A stretch of 64,000 bases of DNA from contig CAZIUL010000020.1 of the NCBI GenBank assembly GCA_964542475.1, forward strand, positions 540 through 64,539, in the 5' to 3' direction. Position numbers and translations under genes: made by a program. Shown here one piece after another: positions 26,670 through 36,553 of this stretch. The DNA is from an uncultured Phycisphaerales bacterium. Its GTDB lineage: Bacteria > Planctomycetota > B15-G4 > CAYZWU01. Position 1 is the stretch's first letter, and the number at the start of each line of letters is the position of its first letter. The notes under the pieces are model-generated. The model was not told the origin of the DNA. It did no database searches and worked only from the letters and a program-made list of their open reading frames with translations.

Positions 26670-29101
26670 CCGACACCACCCTTTCCGCTGTCATCGGAGG
26701 GAACGCCTTTCCCGTCATCCGGGTCCTCATCCGGCTGTACTTCAGGCTGTGGTTTCACCTCTGTGCCACCCTCCTTGTCGCCTCCCGGCTCCGGAGGTGC
26801 CGGTACAGGTTCCTTTGGCGGTTCCTTAACCTCCTCAACAACAGGTGCGGCCTTTTCCTTCAGCGCTTTGAACCGCTTGACGAGCTCTTCCGGCATTGCT
26901 CCAGCTCCAGGCCCTTCCACGGGAAATCCGTTCAGCAGCGCAAGCACAGCCGCATTATCTTTGAGTGCCAATGAGCACTCGGCAGCCTCGATCTTGATCA
27001 GCCACAGCTCGGCCGGTTTGTCCGCCGGATACCGGGCAATCAGCTTCCCGTAGGTCGCCGCCCCTGCCTGGAAATCCTCGGCCTTGACGAGAACACGCGC
27101 GTATTCGAGGAGGTAGCCGTTGTCTTCAGGTGCGATCTCGGTGAGCAGCCGGGCCTGTTCCACCGCCTTTTTAATCTCCCCGGAGCCCATGTAGATCTTG
27201 TACCAGGAATCGGCTTTCAGTATCTTGACCCTCTCTATCGCGCCGTTATGGCCGTTTTTTTCCTGGGCACGGGACAAGAAGCTGTCCGAGCAGGAACCGG
27301 CCAGGACATAGTGTCCATCGTTGGAAAAGATCTCCACCGCCTGCTGCCAGAGGTTGATGTCATCTCCGCAGATGTCCGAGCATGCGCGGCGCGCCTCTTC
27401 AACGAACTCCTTATCCGCGGCTTCTCCTTCCCGCGCCGTGGAAAGAGCCTTGCTGATGACCGCAAGCCCGTCCGCCTGATGGATCATGCCGAGCGCCTTG
27501 ACGCACCAAAGCCTCACCTTGGCGTCTTTCTCGACACGCAGATGTTCTTGGATGATAGCCACACCGTCCGGGGGTGCGAGCGTGCCCAGCTCCCGGATCA
27601 CGGTCTCCCTGACAAAAGATTCCTTGTCCACCAGGCCGCGTTTGAGCGCCTCCACAGCCTTGGCTTTCAGGCCGTTTTCAGGCGTCCCAGCCTTTCCTAT
27701 CCTGGCAAGGCTCCCGGTAACCTCGAAACGAACTTCGCTTTCAGGATCCTCGATAAACGCCTTCAAGAGCAAATCCACGGCCTTCTCACTCGTGCAGGCG
27801 CCAAGGGCCTTGACCGCTTTCCCGCGGATTCCCTTGTCGTTTTTGAGACCAAGAAAAGGCGTTATTAGAGCGCAATCGTTTACATGATCGAACATGGTAA
27901 GAAGGTCAAGAAGGCACAACTTCAGCTCAGCGCGGCCCCTTTCATCTTTCAATTCTCCGAGCAGGTCTCCCACAGCCTTGCAGACCTCGGGTGTTTTGTG
28001 TTGCTGTAGGCTTTTTGCAGCCCTGACCTTGATGACATCCCTTGGATCATCGCGCATGTAAAGAAGCAGGATTTCCTGGGCGCGTTTTTCCTCGCTTGTG
28101 CCGCTCCCCACAAGATCGAGCAGCAGGAGCAGTGTTTTCTCGTCGTTCTCTCCGTTTTGGAGGTGGGAGATGAGCTGTTCCATGATCCCCTTGACCAGCT
28201 CTTCCGAACGGTTCTCGGTGATCACCTCTGCCGCCCGCCGCCTCACACCGGCGTCATCCCACGAAAGAAAATCGACCGCCCTTTGGGGAACGCTTTCAAT
28301 CATCTGCAGGGCAAGCGCGGACTGCTGGGCTTCTAGCTCTTGCATCTTTTTTTCCAACCCGGCTATCCGTGCCTTCAGAACCGGTTCGATGATATGATCT
28401 CTGCTAAGATGTTTGTTGCCGTCCCACCAGCTCTTCCATGCCCCTGCATCCTCTCCGAACCCCTGATAGGTGAGAGACACCAGGGATTTATTCGCGCGTG
28501 CGCGAACGCCTGCGTCGGTGTGCTTCACAAAAGGTATCAGGATATCCACGGCAGCAAGATCGCGGGCGTATCCGAGAGCGGAAATGGACGCAAGGAGGAG
28601 TTCGTTGGATACTCCCTCCCCGGAGCATGTCGCCAGCACCTTCTTGATGGTGGGTACACGCGTCTTCGGCTTCTCCAGAAAAGCGGCAAGCGCTTTCTCG
28701 CAGCGCTCCCTGACCTGCTCCCTGGAATCCGCCACCGAAAGGATAAGAACCTGTGTAAGGGCCGAGATGTCGTCATTGACCTCGAACGCGGTGACAACGG
28801 CTAAAACGCCGGCTTCCGATAGCTGACCGTCGACAAGCTTTGAACACAGCCATTCCTGATCTCCGAACTTGATGAGTTCGGTGGCGCTTATGGCCAATGC
28901 CCCGGCATCCGTGTTATCAGCGCTGAAGGGAGCTCGATGCTTCTTCAACAGAGCCGGGATTTCCTGTTCGGGCGGCTTCGGTTTCTTTTCAGCCACCGGC
29001 TTTTCCTTCTCAGCAGGATCGGCCTGACGGGCAGCGACATGAAACGGCGCAGCCAGCATGATGATGGCAACGATGGCATGTATTAATACGTTTTTTTTCA
29101 T
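26666..29101 (-). CDS. Secreted HEAT/armadillo-repeat protein with C-terminal TPR-like region (start trimmed to MKKNVLIH at 29101)
   Basis: Signal peptide followed by long alpha-helical repeat arrays; translationally coupled (ATGA) to trkA. Confidence 0.5.
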   Translation of the reverse strand: MKKNVLIHAIVAIIMLAAPFHVAARQADPAEKEKPVAEKKPKPPEQEIPALLKKHRAPFSADNTDAGALAISATELIKFGDQEWLCSKLVDGQLSEAGVLAVVTAFEVNDDISALTQVLILSVADSREQVRERCEKALAAFLEKPKTRVPTIKKVLATCSGEGVSNELLLASISALGYARDLAAVDILIPFVKHTDAGVRARANKSLVSLTYQGFGEDAGAWKSWWDGNKHLSRDHIIEPVLKARIAGLEKKMQELEAQQSALALQMIESVPQRAVDFLSWDDAGVRRRAAEVITENRSEELVKGIMEQLISHLQNGENDEKTLLLLLDLVGSGTSEEKRAQEILLLYMRDDPRDVIKVRAAKSLQQHKTPEVCKAVGDLLGELKDERGRAELKLCLLDLLTMFDHVNDCALITPFLGLKNDKGIRGKAVKALGACTSEKAVDLLLKAFIEDPESEVRFEVTGSLARIGKAGTPENGLKAKAVEALKRGLVDKESFVRETVIRELGTLAPPDGVAIIQEHLRVEKDAKVRLWCVKALGMIHQADGLAVISKALSTAREGEAADKEFVEEARRACSDICGDDINLWQQAVEIFSNDGHYVLAGSCSDSFLSRAQEKNGHNGAIERVKILKADSWYKIYMGSGEIKKAVEQARLLTEIAPEDNGYLLEYARVLVKAEDFQAGAATYGKLIARYPADKPAELWLIKIEAAECSLALKDNAAVLALLNGFPVEGPGAGAMPEELVKRFKALKEKAAPVVEEVKEPPKEPVPAPPEPGGDKEGGTEVKPQPEVQPDEDPDDGKGVPSDDSGKGGVG

Positions 29102-29282
29102 TTTATGGCATACCGGTCCAACAGCGCCTTTGAAAACCACATCATCGTAGTGCACTTGTTCCAGCAATGATACTGAATGTTAATACGCACCACCCGCAAT
29201 GTCATCGATCAATTAATATGGAACAGGAAAAAAATACAAGATTAAAACAGGTTCAAAGGTTAAAGGTTCAGAGGCTCAGGGT

Positions 29283-30101
29283 TTAGGATTTATGGGTATG
29301 GTTATCCTTGCGTAGGTTCCGGAGTTCCTGAAGCCTTGGCACCAGGTTTTCAAGCTGCTTGAACGTGAGAGCCTGGTTCAGATCGCAAAGCGCTGTTTCA
29401 GGCGCAGGATGCACTTCGAGGAGCAGGGCATCAGCGCCCACCGCCACTGCAGCCATTGCCAGATCCGGCACAAGCTCCGAATCGCCCGCCGCGTGACTCG
29501 GGTCCACAACAACCGGAAGGTCGCTCCTGCGGGCGATCACAGGCACGGAAGATATATCCAGTGTGAAACGGGTGGCGCCTTCAAAGGTGCGGATCCCTCT
29601 TTCGCAAAGCAGAACGCCGTCGTTTCCAGCCTCCCGGATGTACTCCGAAGCCATGAGAAATTCGTCCAAAGTGCTGCTCAGCCCGCGTTTCAACAGAACA
29701 GGAGTTTTTTGCCTGCCGAGTGTCTTGAGAAGGCATGTGTTGTACATGCTTCTCGCGCCGACCTGAATCATGTGGGAATATCGGCGGGCTATCTCGAACT
29801 CGGCAGTGTCCATCACCTCGGTCACTACCTTGAGCCCGAACTTGTCGGCGGCGCTGCGCAGAATCTTCAGACCATCCTCTCCCAGCCCCTGAAATGCGTG
29901 CGGGCTTGTGCGCGGTTTGAAAGCTCCGCCCCTCATGATTCTAATGCCCAACCTTTTCAGAACGCGCGCCACCTTCTCTACCTGGGCAGCGCTTTCCACG
30001 GCGCACGGCCCTGCTATCAGCACAAGTTCACCGACCCCCCCGACCGGCACATCATCCACCAGAATGGTCCGGGTTGCCTTTTTTTTGGATTCTTGCCTCA
30101 T
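29283..30101 (-). CDS. 3-deoxy-7-phosphoheptulonate (DAHP) synthase, type I-beta
   Basis: Motifs IAGPCAVES and FKPRTSPHAFQGLG; the start was taken as the internal Met (MRQESKK) because the track ORF begins upstream at a GTG codon. Confidence 0.8.
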   Translation of the reverse strand: MRQESKKKATRTILVDDVPVGGVGELVLIAGPCAVESAAQVEKVARVLKRLGIRIMRGGAFKPRTSPHAFQGLGEDGLKILRSAADKFGLKVVTEVMDTAEFEIARRYSHMIQVGARSMYNTCLLKTLGRQKTPVLLKRGLSSTLDEFLMASEYIREAGNDGVLLCERGIRTFEGATRFTLDISSVPVIARRSDLPVVVDPSHAAGDSELVPDLAMAAVAVGADALLLEVHPAPETALCDLNQALTFKQLENLVPRLQELRNLRKDNHTHKS

Positions 30102-30358
30102 TTCGGAACCGTTTCGGAAAAAATCAGATTTCCCCTGACTGGATGAGAATCTGCAATGGAGCATTTTTAGCACGAACTAATTAACAAACAGCTAGTATAC
30201 CACATCTGTTTCTGTAAAATCTATAATTCAATGAGACGAAATTCAGGATCGGGATCGGGCGGGCGGTTCACGAACCGATCCCGCATAGCCGATGGAAGGT
30301 TTACGTTTTTCTTGTTGGGGCACCCCCCGTGGTTGCCCTCCGGTCCTGTCGGGTTTTC

Positions 30359-31498
30359 CTATTCCCCTTCCCCCAGGAATGCCCGGACAGCACGTTCGGC
30401 AGCCGTGCTCAGATGAACAGGCGCGTTCGCCATGGCATCTTCAAGCGCAACGGATCCGGTGCAAATCGGATAAAGCCCGGCAAAACCGGCGGCATGAAGC
30501 TCGTCCATGTCCGCCTCATCCACGTTTCCGCAGACAGCAATGCATTTGACAGACTTTTTTCCCGCCAGGGAGCAAACCCCGGCAGGAGCCTTGTGAAAAA
30601 GCGTCTGCCTGTCGATTACGCCCTCGCCTGTGATTACCAGGTCAGCGCTGTCGAGCGCCAGGTCAAGCCTCACCAGATCCAGAACGAGATCTACGCCGGT
30701 CACGAGCTCCGCTCCGAGGAAAACATGGAGCCCGGCTCCGAGCCCGCCTGCTGCGCCGCCGTGCCTGAGCGCGGTCACATCAGCTCCAAGGTCATCCCTC
30801 ATGCGGCAGGCAAGGTTCGCCAGACCGCTCTCGAGCATACACACCTGGGCCGGAGCCGCACCCTTCTGAGGGGCGTAAACGCGTGCAGCGCCCCGTTCAC
30901 CGAGAAGAGGGTTACAAACATCGCACGCCGCCTTGATCTGCATCCCTTTCAGCGCTGGATTCAGGCCGGACGGATCGATCCCTGCTATTGCTTCGAGGCT
31001 GCCGCCCGTGGGATCCAGATCCCTTCCCTCTTCGTCGTGAAACCGTACCCCGAGCGCGGATGCCATTCCTGTTCCTCCATCGCATGTTGCGCTCCCGCCG
31101 ACACCGATTATCATCTGCCTGGCGCCAAGCTCGAGAGCTTGCGCCACAAGCTCGCCTGTGCCGGCGGTGGAGGTTCGCATGGGATCCTGTTCGTGCTCAT
31201 GGAGGAGCGCGAGACCTGATGCCTCGGCCATTTCGACCACGGCGAGCGATCGGCCGGCAACCCAGCAGAACCGGGCCTTGACCGGGCGGCCCAGGGGATC
31301 GCTGACCTGTCGGCTCAGGATCTCCCCTCCCAGAACAGGACAGAGGACATCCACCAGTCCGTCCCCCCCATCGGAAACAGGAACGGTGTGGATATCGGCG
31401 CCTGGCGCTGCTCGCCTCACGCCTTCAGCAATGGCAGCGGCGGCATCGCTCGCGCACAGGCTCCCCTTGAAGGAATCCGGTGCCACGATGATCTTCAT
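30359..31498 (-). CDS. glxK: Glycerate kinase (GlxK/GarK family)
   Basis: N-terminus MKIIVAPDSFKGSL, 379 aa. Confidence 0.85.
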   Translation of the reverse strand: MKIIVAPDSFKGSLCASDAAAAIAEGVRRAAPGADIHTVPVSDGGDGLVDVLCPVLGGEILSRQVSDPLGRPVKARFCWVAGRSLAVVEMAEASGLALLHEHEQDPMRTSTAGTGELVAQALELGARQMIIGVGGSATCDGGTGMASALGVRFHDEEGRDLDPTGGSLEAIAGIDPSGLNPALKGMQIKAACDVCNPLLGERGAARVYAPQKGAAPAQVCMLESGLANLACRMRDDLGADVTALRHGGAAGGLGAGLHVFLGAELVTGVDLVLDLVRLDLALDSADLVITGEGVIDRQTLFHKAPAGVCSLAGKKSVKCIAVCGNVDEADMDELHAAGFAGLYPICTGSVALEDAMANAPVHLSTAAERAVRAFLGEGE

Positions 31499-32451
31499 GG
31501 ATTCACCACATTCACCGGGTTGTTCTCGACGTACGCTTTCAGGTTCTCGACAACAACATCCATCAACCGCTGCCTTGCCGCCTTGCTCGCCCAGGCGATG
31601 TGCGGCGTGACAGAACAGTTCTTTGCATTGAGAAGCGGGTTGTCGCGGGAAGGCGGTTCAATGGAAAGCACGTCCAGGCCCGCACCGGCGATACCCCCCC
31701 GGTTGAGAGCATCGGCCAGGGCCTGCTCGTCCACAAGTTGACCGCGGCTGGTGTTTATCAGGAAGGCGGATCTCTTCATCAACGCCAGCCTATCGCGGTT
31801 CACGAGACGATCCGTTTCAGGGGTTAGCGGGCAGTGAAGGCTCACCACATCGCTTTGCCTGAAAAGTTCGTCCAGGCCGGACCTTTGCGCGCCTTCGGGG
31901 AGTTCCTGCGGTAAATCCGTGTCGCAGACGAGCACCCTCATGCCGAAGGAAAGGGCGATGCGCGCGGCGGCACTGCCGATGCGGCCGTAGCCGATGATGC
32001 CAATGCAGAGCCCTGACAGCTCGATCAAAGGGTGATCCCAGTAGCAGAAATCATCGCTTTCGCACCATTTTCCGTTGCGAACCGTCTTTGCGTGCCCGGC
32101 GCAATGCTGTGTCAGGTCGAGCAGGTGCGAAAACACCATCTGCGCCACCGACATGGTCCCGTACGAGGGCACGTTGGTCACAACGATCCCGCGCGCGCGC
32201 GCCGCAACAACATCCACCACGTTGTAGCCGGTGGCGAGAAGGCCGATGTATTTCAGCCCGTCCAGCGCGGCCATGTCATCCCTGGAAACCGGGGTCTTGT
32301 TCGTGAGAAGCGCGGCAGCGCCTTCGGCCCGCTCCACAACCATGCCGGGCAATGTGCGCTCGTGCACGGTCAGCTCGCCGAACTCTTCCACTCCCTCCCA
32401 GGTCAGGTCACCCGGGTTCAGGCAATAGCCGTCAAGTACTACGATCTTCAT
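31495..32451 (-). CDS. D-isomer-specific 2-hydroxyacid dehydrogenase (glycerate dehydrogenase/hydroxypyruvate reductase-like)
   Basis: NAD-binding GIIGYGRIG, catalytic R/E/H arrangement; 4-bp overlap with the glycerate kinase gene. Confidence 0.8.
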   Translation of the reverse strand: MKIVVLDGYCLNPGDLTWEGVEEFGELTVHERTLPGMVVERAEGAAALLTNKTPVSRDDMAALDGLKYIGLLATGYNVVDVVAARARGIVVTNVPSYGTMSVAQMVFSHLLDLTQHCAGHAKTVRNGKWCESDDFCYWDHPLIELSGLCIGIIGYGRIGSAAARIALSFGMRVLVCDTDLPQELPEGAQRSGLDELFRQSDVVSLHCPLTPETDRLVNRDRLALMKRSAFLINTSRGQLVDEQALADALNRGGIAGAGLDVLSIEPPSRDNPLLNAKNCSVTPHIAWASKAARQRLMDVVVENLKAYVENNPVNVVNP

Positions 32452-32637
32452 GTTTTGCCTTTTTCAGAATCGGGATAGTATGGACGACCGGCTTCACGCC
32501 CCTGCACAGCTTCATCACGATTTCGAGGTCCCAACTGGTTTGAATTTCTTTTCACCTTGCGAAGAAGTTTGGGCTTCATAATATATAAGGGATTTCAAAC
32601 CATGCGTCAACCTGAACAGAAATTGAAGGAGCCATGT

Positions 32638-34188
32638 ATGAACACCAGCACGGACACAAGTCACGGGAACAGCCTTGCCGGGATAAACCAGGGCAGGCTC
32701 TTTTTCGGAAGCTGCATGTCATTGATTTCCACGGCTGTGGTCTTCGGCGTGGTGACATCCATGATGGGCGACCTGAAAAACGTTTTCGCACTGACAAACA
32801 CCGAAGTGGGGTGGGTGGCCGGCGCCACTATCTGGGGGTTCACCATCTCCATCTTCGTTTTCGGCCCGCTCTGTGACGCCATCGGAATGCGAAGGCTTTT
32901 GCGCTTCGCTTTCATCTGCCACATAATCGGACCGCTGCTCATGATCTTCGCGCAGAACTTCGGCCAGGGATTCTGGGCGCTCTTTGCGGGAGCATTGATA
33001 ACATCGCTTGGCAACGGCACCGTGGAAGCGGTGTGCAATCCGCTGGTGGCCACGGTATACCCCGACCGCAAAACGGAAAAGCTGAACCAGTTCCATGTGT
33101 GGTTCCCGGGCGGCATCGTGATCGGCGGCCTTGCGGCGTTTTTTCTTGGTCAGGTCGAAGCCGGGTTCTGGGAGGGATTCCCCCTTGCATGCTGGCAGAC
33201 CAAGCTGGCCCTGGTTTTCGTACCAACGCTGATCTACGGCGTCTTGTTCACCGGGCAGAGCTTTCCAGCCACCGAACGGGTCCAGTCCGGCTTGTCAGCC
33301 GGCGACATGTTCAAGGCTACCTTTTTCAGGCCGCTCTTCCTGGTTCTCTTCTTCTGCATGGGCATCACCGCATCGCTGGAGCTCGGTCCCGGCCGCTGGA
33401 TGGAAACTGTTATGGGTAAGACCATGGAAATCACCTTTTCCATGGAAAACGCGGGCATACTCATTCTGGTCTTCGGAAGCACTCTGATGGCGGTCCTTCG
33501 CTTCTTTGCCGGTCCCGTGGTGCACAAGCTGTCCCCCACAGGGCTTCTCGTGCTCTCGGTGATCCTGTCCGGTTTGGGACTTTTCATGCTTAGCTATGCA
33601 AGCGGTCCCATTGCGATCATCGCCTCCGCCACCGTCTTTTACGTGGGTGTGTGCTACTTCTGGCCCACCATGCTCGGGGTGACATCCGAGAGGGTTCCCA
33701 AGGGCGGAGCTCTGGCGCTAGGGCTCATGGGCGGCTGGGGCATGGCTGTTGTGGGCATCATCACGGTGCCGGTCATGGGATGGATAATCGATGTGTACGG
33801 CCACGAAAAGATCCCTTTCCAAGAGGCAAAAACATGCATCCAACAGGCTGCCGAACTCCTGCCCCAGGTCTTGGAAAGCGAAGGCGAAAAAGCTGACAGA
33901 GCCATCGAACCAGCCATCGAACTGGTAAATGAGGTCAACACAAGCATCGAAGAGAAAGGTCTCCTTCCCGAGGTACAGACAGCAAAAGCGCTCAGATCGA
34001 TCTCCAAGTACGCTGCAGACAGCGAAGCAGGCGGAAAAGCTGAGGAGCTAGTAAAGCGCGCCGATGAATACGGTGCGCCTTTCTCGTTCAGATGGGTGGC
34101 GTGCTCTGCAGCCGTCCTGATCCTGTTGTTCGGGGGCATGTACCTGCGCGACCGCGCAAAAGGGGGCTACCAGGCCGAGAAGATATAG
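32638..34188 (+). CDS. MFS transporter with C-terminal hydrophilic extension (start taken at MNTSTD)
   Basis: 12 TM-like segments; SD aaggag lies 10 nt upstream of the ATG at 32638. Confidence 0.7.
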   Translation: MNTSTDTSHGNSLAGINQGRLFFGSCMSLISTAVVFGVVTSMMGDLKNVFALTNTEVGWVAGATIWGFTISIFVFGPLCDAIGMRRLLRFAFICHIIGPLLMIFAQNFGQGFWALFAGALITSLGNGTVEAVCNPLVATVYPDRKTEKLNQFHVWFPGGIVIGGLAAFFLGQVEAGFWEGFPLACWQTKLALVFVPTLIYGVLFTGQSFPATERVQSGLSAGDMFKATFFRPLFLVLFFCMGITASLELGPGRWMETVMGKTMEITFSMENAGILILVFGSTLMAVLRFFAGPVVHKLSPTGLLVLSVILSGLGLFMLSYASGPIAIIASATVFYVGVCYFWPTMLGVTSERVPKGGALALGLMGGWGMAVVGIITVPVMGWIIDVYGHEKIPFQEAKTCIQQAAELLPQVLESEGEKADRAIEPAIELVNEVNTSIEEKGLLPEVQTAKALRSISKYAADSEAGGKAEELVKRADEYGAPFSFRWVACSAAVLILLFGGMYLRDRAKGGYQAEKI

Positions 34189-34271
34189 CCTGTACCAGTG
34201 GCAACGGATTCGGCTGAAACCGGCCGGTTCGTGAGTTGATGCGCGAACTCTTTTGAAAGGCGTGCCACTCA

Positions 34272-35564
34272 GTGACTGATGGAAAAAAAGAGGTCCGGAT
34301 CAAAAGGGACAGGTGGTACTACGCCCTTGACACCGAAACCCGCAGAGAAGGCCCGTTCACCCGGGAGGAGCTCCTGGAACAGCTTCCCTTTGTGGATGGC
34401 CCTGACACCTGGGTCAAGGGTCCGGGTGTTCTCTCCTGGAGACGCGCCAAGGATATTCAGATCCTTGGACTCTCCGATGAGCAAGGCGATGAACAGCCCA
34501 ACCAAGCGTTCTGGCTGACCTATCTCTTTTTCAGGCCCGCCACCTTCTTCCGGTATTTCGTGATAAAACCCTCGCCTGTGCTCACTGTGCTTTGCGCATG
34601 GACATACGGCGTTGCAACGGTGATTGGCCGGATGGACATGGAATCGATCAGGAGTACGGAGATCCCGTACGGAGATACGTGGGAATCGTACTGGACCTAC
34701 GCCGCTTTGATGGGTGTTATCGGCGGCCTTTTCTTCTTCATCATAGGCGGCTGGTGGTACACGATGCGCCTCAGCTGGTCGGACGCCAAGGGGGTGGACC
34801 CCTCTTTGGCCCGCCGCGTGTACCTGTTCGCCTCACAGGTGTGGGCGGTGCCGGCCCTGATGGCCACATTGATCGAAACCGGCAAATACTCCAGCCCTGA
34901 AGCGGCAGCAACCGGCGAGATCACCTTCTGGCATCTCCTACTCTTGATCTTTCCGTTCTGGTCGGCATGGAGCAGCTACGTGGGCGTACGCACCGCGTTC
35001 CTTGTCAAGCGCAGCAAGGCCATGCTGTGGTTCCTAATCCTTCCCTGCCTTTACTATCTGCTCGTGTTCACAGCCGCGATGGGAACCGCGGACCTTCTCG
35101 CCGGAAAGACCGCTCCGGATCTGGATGCGCCTAAGACATATCAGTCGAACACATTTTCCTTTTCCTACCCCGGCGACTGGATGGTCGGCCGGGATGACAT
35201 GGCTTTCGATCCGGATTCCAGCGTCTTTGTCGAACCGGTGCGCGAGGACGCCGTAATACACATCTTGCTATACGAGTCAGAAAACAACATCGAGGAAGAC
35301 ATCGAAGCCACAACAACCAAGCTCAAGCAGCATCTGCCCGATATGAGCAGATCATCACAGTTCACCAAGATGGGGGCTTTCAAGGGGGCCGGCATTGAAT
35401 ACACCGGAACCATGAACAACAGGTCGTACACGGTTCGCATTTTCATTTCACCGCTCGAGAACAACGTCGTTCTCGAAACGAACGAAATCGTCCACGATGC
35501 GGTTAAATCCGTTATCCTTCCCGGTATCGAGCTGATCCGATCAACGCTGAAAGTTGATCTGTAA
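34272..35564 (+). CDS. Membrane protein with N-terminal GYF-like (DUF4339) domain, Yip1-like TM core and C-terminal periplasmic domain
   Basis: WYYALDTETRREGPFTREELLEQL motif followed by 5 TM helices. Confidence 0.5.
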   Translation: MTDGKKEVRIKRDRWYYALDTETRREGPFTREELLEQLPFVDGPDTWVKGPGVLSWRRAKDIQILGLSDEQGDEQPNQAFWLTYLFFRPATFFRYFVIKPSPVLTVLCAWTYGVATVIGRMDMESIRSTEIPYGDTWESYWTYAALMGVIGGLFFFIIGGWWYTMRLSWSDAKGVDPSLARRVYLFASQVWAVPALMATLIETGKYSSPEAAATGEITFWHLLLLIFPFWSAWSSYVGVRTAFLVKRSKAMLWFLILPCLYYLLVFTAAMGTADLLAGKTAPDLDAPKTYQSNTFSFSYPGDWMVGRDDMAFDPDSSVFVEPVREDAVIHILLYESENNIEEDIEATTTKLKQHLPDMSRSSQFTKMGAFKGAGIEYTGTMNNRSYTVRIFISPLENNVVLETNEIVHDAVKSVILPGIELIRSTLKVDL

Positions 35565-35702
35565 GAGCTTTTCATCCCTGTAATCGGCAAAAATAAATTT
35601 CGAAATATCTAGAGATTCGGCGCAGGAAAACGGGTTGTATGCCGATCCGTTTCATGGTATGATTATTTGCACTTGATCCCGGTTCGTTCGACTTTTCATT
35701 CA

Positions 35703-35710
35703 AAGGGAGA
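35703..35710 (+). promoter_or_regulatory. Shine-Dalgarno (aagggaga) for the lipoprotein ORF starting at 35717
   Basis: 6-nt spacer to the ATG. Confidence 0.6.
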
Positions 35711-35716
35711 ACAGTC

Positions 35717-36469
35717 ATGACGAAAAGATATCTCCTATTCGCCTTGCTGCTGGCAGGAGTCTTCTCGTTCTTTTACCAGTCAGCGAGCTGCCAGTGATGC
35801 GGAGGTGGTGGCGGCTCGAAAGCTAGAGTCTCACCCGCGGCAAAGGTTGCCGAACTCAAAAGAAACTTCTCCCCGCTTGAATCACGAACCGTCTCCGAAA
35901 TGCTGAACGAACAAAAGCAGCAGGATGCGGAGGATGGCGCCCCGGAGAAACCTTACCTTCTTTATGTAACCACAAGCGACCAGAAACAGGCGAAGAAACT
36001 GAAGATATGGGAAGAGTCGCGGCTGGTCGACGACAAGCTGTTCAGCGCGGTAAAGCCCTTTCAATGTCACATCGTGGATGACGAGGCGCTTCCTGATGAC
36101 CATCCCATCAAAGGGATCATGCGCAAACACAAACCACCGGCCTTTGTAGTGTTTCACGAGGGTGATATGCTCTACGGCACCAAACCCAGCCCATCCTCAT
36201 CAACTGTGTATTCGATACTGAAAAAAAGTGTATCAAGGATATACAGCGCTTCCCTGGACAGGATCGTCAAGAAAGGCCGGGAGATCAAGCTCAAACTCGA
36301 CATGATCAAGGATGCAATGAAAGTGCTTGACGAGAAGATCGCCGGGTTGGATGAAAAAGACGCGCGTAAACGCGCCAAGTACGGCGAGGAAAGGAAAGAG
36401 CTCGAAAAAGAGAAGCAGGAGCTCGAACAGGAGGAAGAGAAGCTCTACGATCTCGGGAACAAGGCTTGA
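35717..36469 (+). pseudogene. Lipoprotein gene interrupted by a single in-frame TGA at 35795..35797 (signal peptide MTKRYLLFALLLAGVFSFFYQSASCQ*CGGGGGSKA... continues in frame into the track ORF 35900..36469); pseudogene, recoding or sequencing error
   Basis: Good SD plus signal peptide upstream of the TGA; downstream reading frame stays open and in frame for 224 codons and ends in a coiled-coil-rich protein. Confidence 0.5.
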
Positions 36470-36553
36470 GAAAGAGCGCTGTAAATTGAGACAAATCCAG
36501 AGGGCAACCCCAAAAGGGGTTGCCCTTATATTTTCTTTCTGAAAACCGGATTC

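Noticed and set aside
35798-35860. SECIS element downstream of the in-frame TGA
   Set aside because: Only weak short hairpins (ggcaa-agg-ttgcc at about +50). Nothing resembles a bacterial SECIS with an apical G/U loop at the right spacing, so selenocysteine is left as an open possibility only.
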